Below, one piece after another: positions 19,957-25,895 of a stretch of DNA of 25,895 bases; positions within the stretch are counted from its first letter, which is position 1; the number at the start of each line of letters is the position of its first letter. The stretch spans positions 1 to 25,895 of the forward strand of contig JANOQV010000225.1 in the NCBI GenBank assembly GCA_031414955.1, given 5' to 3'. Source of the DNA: Pedosphaera sp. Its GTDB lineage: Bacteria; Verrucomicrobiota; Verrucomicrobiia; Limisphaerales; SIBH01. The notes below the pieces were generated by a model, which was given only the letters and a program-made list of their open reading frames with translations, made no database searches and was not told where the DNA came from. A program made the translations under genes and the position numbers.

Positions 19957-20541
19957 GAACCTCGCAACAAGCGCAATACCCTGCGTTTGCCGTGAGCTCG
20001 TGGCACCCGATTCATTCTCATCGTGATCCTTCACCCCAACCCGCCTGTCGCCGAAAGGAAAGAAGTCGAGAAGGGGATCGATCCTCACCATCGACAATAC
20101 TCCCGCCTGGGCGGCCGCACGCTGGTCACCGCCCACGATTACAGCGTCAAGGAAGTAGCCGCTGAACTTCAGGTGAACCACCGGCGGCGGGTTCGAGGCG
20201 CATGCGCAGGGGCTTGAGTTGCACAGTCTTGTCGGCTCGAGGCAACCGAGCGACGAAGCGACGGTGTTTCCGCCGGACACTTACGACCGCGAACCGGTCT
20301 CGATCCGGCCCAGGTTTTACGAGGTGGTGTCGATTGTCAGAATCAAGCGAGGGGTGGAGGCGGTTGAGGGTTGAGGGCGGAACATGCAGGTAGCACTGGG
20401 CGCGCGGCGCAGAGCGGCACAACGATCTCGCCGAATGCCTCGCCATTTCGGGTGCCTCGCGCGGGCCGTCTGCTGAACGTGGTCAGAATGGTCGCAGCGC
20501 GACCGGGGACACCGGCTAATCTTCCCATCCCTGCCGCACCC

Positions 20542-20564
20542 CGACGTTGAAACGACGTTGAAAC
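20542..20564. repeat. Perfect 11-bp tandem direct repeat upstream of the ECF gene
   Basis: CGACGTTGAAA at 20542-20552 and 20553-20563, about 65 nt before the ATG at 20628. Confidence 0.7.
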
Positions 20565-20627
20565 CAGTGGTCTCCCTCTGACCTCGAAGCTACGCTGGCG
20601 GCGTTCCAAAGGCCAAGCGCCTGCCGC

Positions 20628-21356
20628 ATGGACGATGCACGACAAGTCATTTTTGCGACCACGCACTGGACGGTGGTGCTGCGCGCCGCCGTGGAGAACA
20701 GCCCGGAGGCGAATGCCGCCCTGGCCGAGGTTTGCCGTGGCTACTGGTATCCGCTCTACGCCTACGTGCGGCGACAGGGCTTCGATCCGCATACGGCGCA
20801 GGACTTGACCCAGGAGTTTTCCGCCAAGCTCATCGAGAAGAATTATCTCGCGGGGGCGGACCGGCAACGCGGGCGGTTCCGCTGGTTCATGATCACGGCC
20901 TTCAAATGTTTCCTAGCCAACGAATTCGACCGCGTTCATGCGCAGAAGCGCGGCGGCGGAGAGCGCCCCTTGTCCCTCGACCAGATGACCGCCGAGGAAC
21001 GCTACGCACACGAACCGGCGGACACAATGAACGCCGACCTCATCTACGACCGCCGCTGGGCGCTCGACCTGCTGGCCCGCGCCCGCGCCCGGCTCGAGCA
21101 GGAGTACGTCGAGGGTGAGAAGGCTCGGCGGTATGAACTGCTCTCGCAATTTCTGCCCGGCGAGCAGCCGTCGTCCAGCCAGGCCGTGCTCGGCGAGCAG
21201 CTCGGCTTGAGCGAGAACGCGGTGAAGCAGGAGGTGCATCGCATGAAGAAGCGGCTGGCCGAACTGATTCGCTCCGAGGTCGAGCAAACCGTCTCGCATC
21301 CCGACGACGTGGACGACGAACTGCGCCACCTCATCGACATCGCCTGCCGGCGGTGA
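20628..21356 (+). CDS. ECF-type RNA polymerase sigma-70 factor (PVC-type, FxTTHW N-terminus)
   Basis: FATTHWTVV, region 2 YWYPLYAYVRRQG..AQDLTQEF..RGRFR, and region 4 HTH LGEQLGLSENAVKQEVHRMKKRL. Confidence 0.92.
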   Translation: MDDARQVIFATTHWTVVLRAAVENSPEANAALAEVCRGYWYPLYAYVRRQGFDPHTAQDLTQEFSAKLIEKNYLAGADRQRGRFRWFMITAFKCFLANEFDRVHAQKRGGGERPLSLDQMTAEERYAHEPADTMNADLIYDRRWALDLLARARARLEQEYVEGEKARRYELLSQFLPGEQPSSSQAVLGEQLGLSENAVKQEVHRMKKRLAELIRSEVEQTVSHPDDVDDELRHLIDIACRR

Positions 21357-21713
21357 GGCCAGGGTTTGTGCCCAGGCTGGTGGCCGACGGTTCGTGGTGC
21401 CGCTGGACGCGGCGCGACCAGTTCCACCGCGTTCCGCAGTCGGAGCGACCTCAGTGTCGAGATGCACCCTTCTGCGATGGCAGCCGGCCTGCGGGCGGCC
21501 ACCCGAGGCAGAAGAGGGAGGGCGCGGCAGACATGATCGCTGGCGCCCGCAGCGGGTAAGGTTTCCGACGAACCCCTGGTTTGGTTATCGCAGTCCGGGG
21601 ATTCGCCGCCGAGGTGCCTGCGCCACGGGGTTACTGTGAACTGCGACTGGTCTAAACATCGGCAACTCGGTGCGGGACATGAGCCACAATCTGCCGAGGG
21701 CCGGACTGCCGCC

Positions 21714-22823
21714 CTACTTGAGGTTCTCCGGATTCAGCCCGCGCAGATCGCGCGGCAGGAACATCCCGTCCTTGCGGATGAGTTCGCCATCGAACCAGAT
21801 CTCGCCGCCGCCCCACTCTTTGCGCTGGATCAGCACCATGTCCCAATGCACGGCGGAGCGGTTGCCGTTGTCGGCCACCTCGTAAGCCTGGCCGGGCGTG
21901 AAGTGCAGGCTGCCGGCGATCTTCTCGTCGAAGAGGATGTCGCACATCGGGTTCATAATGTAGGGATTGAACCCGAGCGAGAACTCGCCGATGTAGCGCG
22001 CGCCGGCGTCCGTATCGAGAATCTCGTTCAGCCGTTTGGTGTTGTTCGAGGTGGCGTGGACGATTTTGCCGTCCTTGAACTCCAGCCGCACGTTCTCAAA
22101 CTTCGTGCCGGAATAAATTGTGGACGTGTTGAAGGTGATGTGGCCCTGCACGCTGTCCTTGACCGGGCAGGAGAAAACTTCGCCGTCGGGAATGTTGCGG
22201 ATGCCCTCGCACATGATCGCGGGGATGCCCTTGATGCTGAAGCGCAGGTCGGTGCCGGGCGACTTGATGTGAACATCGCCGGCCTTCTTCATGCGGCGCT
22301 GGAGCGGGTCCATCGCCTTGGCCATCTTCGCGTAATCCATGGTGCAGACGTCGAAGTAAAGATTCTCAAACGCCTCAGTGCTCATCCCGGCGTTCTGCGC
22401 CATGCTGGGCGAAGGCCAGCGCAGCACGACCCAGCGCGTCTTGTTCACGCGACGGTTGAGCACCGGGCGCAGCAGGCGCGAGTAAAGGGACATCTTGGTG
22501 CTGGGCACGTCGCTGTTCTCGCTGGCGTTGGCCGCGCCGCGCACCGCGATGTAAGCCTGCACCTTCTTCATGCGGGCCAACTCGATGTCGCGGGTCAGCG
22601 CGGCGTGCTTCTCGTCCGTGTCGCGGATGATCTCGCGGGTCACGCGGCTATGGCGCACTTCGATGACGGGGATGGCCCCGACCTTGCGCGCGGCTCGCAT
22701 CAACTCCACGGAGAATTCGTCCGGCACGTCGATGGCCTCGATGAGCACGCGCTCCCCGCGCTTGAGCTTGGTGGAGTACTCGATGAGGAGCTTGGCCAGT
22801 TTCCCGAAACGTGCGTCAGTCAT
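21714..22823 (-). CDS. Peptidase M29 family aminopeptidase (AmpS/AmpT-like)
   Basis: NIPDGEVF, YIGEFSLG, LFDEKIAGSLHFTPG and NRSAVHWDMV supply the full Glu/His/Asp metal-ligand set. ATG 22823 (MTDARF) is the likely start. Confidence 0.95.
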   Translation of the reverse strand: MTDARFGKLAKLLIEYSTKLKRGERVLIEAIDVPDEFSVELMRAARKVGAIPVIEVRHSRVTREIIRDTDEKHAALTRDIELARMKKVQAYIAVRGAANASENSDVPSTKMSLYSRLLRPVLNRRVNKTRWVVLRWPSPSMAQNAGMSTEAFENLYFDVCTMDYAKMAKAMDPLQRRMKKAGDVHIKSPGTDLRFSIKGIPAIMCEGIRNIPDGEVFSCPVKDSVQGHITFNTSTIYSGTKFENVRLEFKDGKIVHATSNNTKRLNEILDTDAGARYIGEFSLGFNPYIMNPMCDILFDEKIAGSLHFTPGQAYEVADNGNRSAVHWDMVLIQRKEWGGGEIWFDGELIRKDGMFLPRDLRGLNPENLK

Positions 22824-22897
22824 GCGGGAAGGTTGCTGGTTGCGGGCCGAAAGTTGCAAGTTTTCTCATCCATCCCCACCAATCCCTGGCGCTGGGC

Positions 22898-23077
22898 CAT
22901 TGGTATCCACACAAGTCAGGAAGTGTCCGATTTCATTGATCTTTCTCCCTCTCCTCCTGATGCAGGAAGGAGGAGAGGGCCGGGGAGAGGAGGCCTGTTT
23001 TGCTGGGGATTCCCCTCTCCCTGACCCTCTCCCCACTCCTGCGTCGTGGGGAGAGGGGACTTGTGTAGATACCAATG
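22898..23077. mobile_element. 180-bp MITE-like non-autonomous element
   Basis: TIRs CATTGGTATCCACACAAGTC (22898-22917) and GACTTGTGTAGATACCAATG (23058-23077) match at 19/20. Flanking direct repeat CGCTGGGC at 22890-22897 and 23078-23085. Internal double hairpin at 22944-23059. Confidence 0.88.
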
Positions 23078-23162
23078 CGCTGGGCCGTGGGTCCGGCGGA
23101 ACATTTCGCGCGAAACTCTTTCGTTTGCCTTCCAACCGGCCCACCCCTCGCGCTTCCCTGAA

Positions 23163-23192
23163 TTGACAACCGCTCCGCCTCCGTCCAACTAT
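23163..23192 (+). promoter_or_regulatory. Candidate sigma70 promoter for the cytochrome c/FGE-fold gene
   Basis: Perfect TTGACA at 23163-23168, but only a weak -10 (AACTAT at 18-nt spacing). Confidence 0.3.
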
Positions 23193-23213
23193 CGCTGGCA
23201 GGTTTTACCACCA

Positions 23214-24944
23214 ATGAAATTGAACTTTATCGCCGTCGCGCTCGTGCTGTCAGGTTGTGTGTCCCTCAACCGCGCCGCCGTCGCCCCGGATTTCACCAAG
23301 GACATCAAACCCATCCTCGAACAAAGCTGCCTCAAGTGCCACGGCGGCGAGAAGCCCAAGGGCAAGTTCAGCCTCGTGACCCGCGCCGACGCCCTCAAGG
23401 GCGGCAACAACGGCACCTCGCTCGTGCCCGGCAAAGCCGCCGACAGCCCGCTCTACAGTTCGACCATCCTCTCCGCCGAGCACGAGAACGTGATGCCGCC
23501 GCAGCCCAAGGAAAAGTTGCTGACCAAAGTGCAGACCGACGCGCTCAAGTCCTGGATTGAGCAAGGCGCCGCGTGGCCCGACAGCGTGAAGCTCGCCGCC
23601 ATCAAGCGCATCGATTTCGTGAAGGACATTCAGCCCATCCTGGAGTTCAACTGCGTGGCCTGCCATCGCGAGGGCCACGGCAAGGGTGGCCTGCGCCTGG
23701 ACACCAAGGAACTCGCCTTCAAAGGCGGTGACAGCGGCGCGGGTGTCGTTCCTGGCAAGACCAAGGACAGCCTCGTTTACACCAGCACCACCGTCTCCAC
23801 CAACGACGACAAACTCATGCCGCCCCTGGCCAAGAACGGCCCGCTGCCCAAGGATGAAATCGATCTGCTCGCCGCCTGGATCGAGCAAGGTGCCGAGTGG
23901 CCCGCCGGATTATCCCTCACGCAGAAGAAGAAAGAGGAAGCCCCCGGCGCCAACGAACTCGTCGTCGTCGCCGACATCCACAAACAGATCATCGCCAAGC
24001 TCGACGCCACCATCGAGTCCGACATGAAGCTCTACACCAACACCATTCCCGGCTCGCAAGTCACCTATGCGATGGTGCCACTCAAGGGCGGCGAGTTCGC
24101 GATGGGCAGTCCCGCCGGCGAGGCGGGCCGCAACGCCGACGAAGGCCCGCAGCACAAAGTGAAGATCGAGCCGTTCTGGATGGGCGCCTGCGAAGTCACC
24201 TGGCCGGAGTACGAGATGTTCATGTATCAGGAAGAGGAGCGGAAATTCAAAAAGGAGATTCCCACCGACCCGTCCGTGGACCAGGTCTCCGACGCCGTGG
24301 CGCGTCCCACCAAGCCCTACGTTGAGATGAGTTTCGGCATGGGCAAGGAAGGCTACCCCGCCATCAGCATGACCCACCACGCCGCGAACAAATTCTGCCA
24401 GTGGCTCAGCGCCAAGACCGGCCACTACTACCGCCTGCCCACCGAGGCCGAGTGGGAATACGCCTGCCGCGCCGGCACCACGACCAAGTATTCCTTCGGC
24501 GACGACGAGAGCCAGCTCGGGCAATACGCGTGGTTCGAGAAGAACGGTGATTTCAAATACCAGAAGGTCGGGCGCAAGAAACCAAATCCCTGGGGCCTCT
24601 ACGACATGCACGGCAACGTGGCCGAGTGGACCCTCGACGGCTACGACCCCGCCGCCTACCAGCAATTCGCCAGTGCCGTGGCCGCCTCGCCCTTCATCCG
24701 CGGCACCAAGCCCTACCCGCACGTCGCCCGTGGCGGTTCGTGGGACGACACCGGCGACAAACTGCGCAGCGCCGCGCGCCGTTTCTCCGACAAGAGTTGG
24801 AAGCAGCAAGACCCGCAGCTCCCCAAGAGCATCTGGTATCTCACCGACGCGCAATTCCTCGGCATCCGCGTCGTGCGCCCGCTCAAGGTGCCCTCCCCCG
24901 AGGAACTCCGTCAGGTCTGGAACAACGGCGTGGAACGGGAGTAG
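23214..24944 (+). CDS. Lipoprotein with two planctomycete-type cytochrome c domains and a SUMF1/FGE-sulfatase-fold domain
   Basis: Lipobox MKLNFIAVALVLSGC. CLKCH (23328) and CVACH (23652), each preceded by DF.KDI.PILE and followed by MPP and WIEQGA.W. FGE-fold motifs F.MGS, RLPTEAEWEYACRAG, NPWGLYDMHGNVAEW and RGGSW. Confidence 0.92.
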   Translation: MKLNFIAVALVLSGCVSLNRAAVAPDFTKDIKPILEQSCLKCHGGEKPKGKFSLVTRADALKGGNNGTSLVPGKAADSPLYSSTILSAEHENVMPPQPKEKLLTKVQTDALKSWIEQGAAWPDSVKLAAIKRIDFVKDIQPILEFNCVACHREGHGKGGLRLDTKELAFKGGDSGAGVVPGKTKDSLVYTSTTVSTNDDKLMPPLAKNGPLPKDEIDLLAAWIEQGAEWPAGLSLTQKKKEEAPGANELVVVADIHKQIIAKLDATIESDMKLYTNTIPGSQVTYAMVPLKGGEFAMGSPAGEAGRNADEGPQHKVKIEPFWMGACEVTWPEYEMFMYQEEERKFKKEIPTDPSVDQVSDAVARPTKPYVEMSFGMGKEGYPAISMTHHAANKFCQWLSAKTGHYYRLPTEAEWEYACRAGTTTKYSFGDDESQLGQYAWFEKNGDFKYQKVGRKKPNPWGLYDMHGNVAEWTLDGYDPAAYQQFASAVAASPFIRGTKPYPHVARGGSWDDTGDKLRSAARRFSDKSWKQQDPQLPKSIWYLTDAQFLGIRVVRPLKVPSPEELRQVWNNGVERE

Positions 24945-25018
24945 CCGCAGCGCGGAGGAGGAGAGTAGCCCACGTCGGCAGCATTGGCACCTCACAAGTC
25001 GCTTCTGTGCTCCGTCCT

Positions 25019-25149
25019 GGTAGAAGCGCTCGTGCTGCGAGCGCAGTTCCGAACCCGATCGCGTCGCAGCGCGAGGCTTGCCACCTTGTTCCATGTTAGT
25101 TGCGCCGTTGGCCCCACCCCGCGCGCTGAGGAAAGACGCGCCCTACCAG
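25019..25149. repeat. Cluster of three GTAG-type REP-like palindromes between convergent genes
   Basis: GGTAGAAGCGCTCGTGCTGCGAGCGC (25019-25044); an inverted degenerate partner at 25060-25085 (ends GCCACC); and GCGCGCTGAGGAAAGACGCGCCCTACCAG (25121-25149, minus orientation). Confidence 0.55.
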
Positions 25150-25155
25150 CGTCCG

Positions 25156-25895
25156 TCATTTTTTCACGGTGAGTTCCTGGTAGAGCTTCTCATAGCCCTT
25201 GGTATTCGGGTGGTTGGTGCCCAAAACCTTCCGTCCGCCTTCCGCCGCCCGCCGGGCCAATTCACCGGCCTCCTCCAGCTTGCCTTGCCTTCGCAGGCTG
25301 CGGGCTAAATTGTAACAGGAGCGCAGCGTTTCGGGATGCTCGGGACCAAGCACACGCTCTCTTATCTGGAGTACCGCCCGAAACTCCACCCTCGCTTCCG
25401 CAGACATTCCTTGGTCATGCAGCGCCTTGGCCCGATCGTTCCGGCTCATCAGCGTGTCAGGATGTTCAGGCCCAAGCACGCGCTCCCTGATCTTAAACAC
25501 CGCCTGAAACTCTGCCTCCGCCTCCGCATACTTGTCTTGGGCATACAGCGCCATGGCCAGATTGTTCCGGCTTATCAGCGTGTCGGGATGTTCGGGGCCA
25601 AGCACACGCTCCCTGAGTTTAAGCACCGCCCGAAACTCTGCCTCCGCCTCCGCATGCTTGCCTTGGGCATACAACGCTTTGGCCAGATTGTTCCGGCTTA
25701 TCAGCATGCCGGGATGTTCGGGACCAAGCACGCGCTCCCTGAGCTTGATCACCGCCCGACCCTCTGCCTCGGCCTCCGCAGACTTGCCTTGGGCACCCAG
25801 CGCACTGGCCAGGTTGTTCCGGCTGGTCAGCGTGCCGGGATGTTCGGGACCAAGCACGCGCTCCATGAGCTTAAGCACCGCCCGATGCTCTGCCT
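25156..25895 (-). CDS. Tetratricopeptide repeat protein (42-aa kinesin-light-chain-like TPRs), C-terminal part; 5' end outside the window
   Basis: Repeats ERVLGPEHPDTL.SRNNLA.AL..QGK.AEAE.E.RAV. The frame stays open to the window edge. Confidence 0.93.
   Translation of the reverse strand, partial: AEHRAVLKLMERVLGPEHPGTLTSRNNLASALGAQGKSAEAEAEGRAVIKLRERVLGPEHPGMLISRNNLAKALYAQGKHAEAEAEFRAVLKLRERVLGPEHPDTLISRNNLAMALYAQDKYAEAEAEFQAVFKIRERVLGPEHPDTLMSRNDRAKALHDQGMSAEARVEFRAVLQIRERVLGPEHPETLRSCYNLARSLRRQGKLEEAGELARRAAEGGRKVLGTNHPNTKGYEKLYQELTVKK
25300..25895 (-). repeat. 126-bp coding tandem repeat (TPR units)
   Basis: The (G/A)GGATG anchor recurs at 25333, 25459, 25585, 25711 and 25837, an exact period of 126. 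Confidence 0.95.

Noticed and set aside
19996..20217. Short frame ending HDYSVKEVAAELQVN, resembling an HTH fragment
   Set aside because: No convincing start or family assignment; at most a gene fragment.
20542..20564. CRISPR array suggested by GTTGAAAC repeat ends
   Set aside because: Only two abutting 11-mers, with no spacers and no cas genes.
21357..21713. ncRNA in the ECF-aminopeptidase gap
   Set aside because: Only imperfect GC-rich hairpins; no tRNA, tmRNA, SRP or RNase P signature recognised.
24700..24944. Diversity-generating retroelement target (FGE-type C-lectin fold)
   Set aside because: No template repeat differing at adenines and no reverse transcriptase in the window.
24050..24944. 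True formylglycine-generating enzyme
   Set aside because: The catalytic cysteine pair after RGGS is absent, and no sulfatase gene is adjacent.

Overview
GC-rich bacterial window, most likely Verrucomicrobiota (Pedosphaerales/Limisphaerales-like). This is inferred from the large secreted proteins with a shared W...RF(F/Y)R C-terminal domain, planctomycete-type cytochrome c domains, a TTHW-type ECF sigma factor and A-rich starts with no SD. In order, the window holds: the 3' part and right end of an IS256 element; a 1228-aa Ig/PA14/CHRD surface protein with an intrinsic terminator; a double alpha/beta-hydrolase; a stand-alone gcvP; a DUF6883/DUF4926 toxin-immunity-like pair; three small or uncharacterised genes; an ISKra4-like remnant; a flavin-monooxygenase-like gene fused to an unknown domain; a 1388-aa Calx-beta/delta-60 protein; an ECF sigma factor; an M29 aminopeptidase; a di-heme cytochrome c/FGE-fold lipoprotein; and the 3' end of a TPR gene. 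The main new observations are: (1) a 180-bp MITE with 20-bp TIRs and a target-site duplication at 22898-23077, carrying a CCCTCTCCCC hairpin repeat; (2) a related hairpin repeat read in frame as the linker of the monooxygenase fusion; (3) a CHRD domain inserted inside the putative C-terminal sorting domain of the surface protein; (4) a heptamer repeat whose degenerate copy supplies the tail and stop codon of the hydrolase. All family calls come from motif recognition by eye; no database searches were run.
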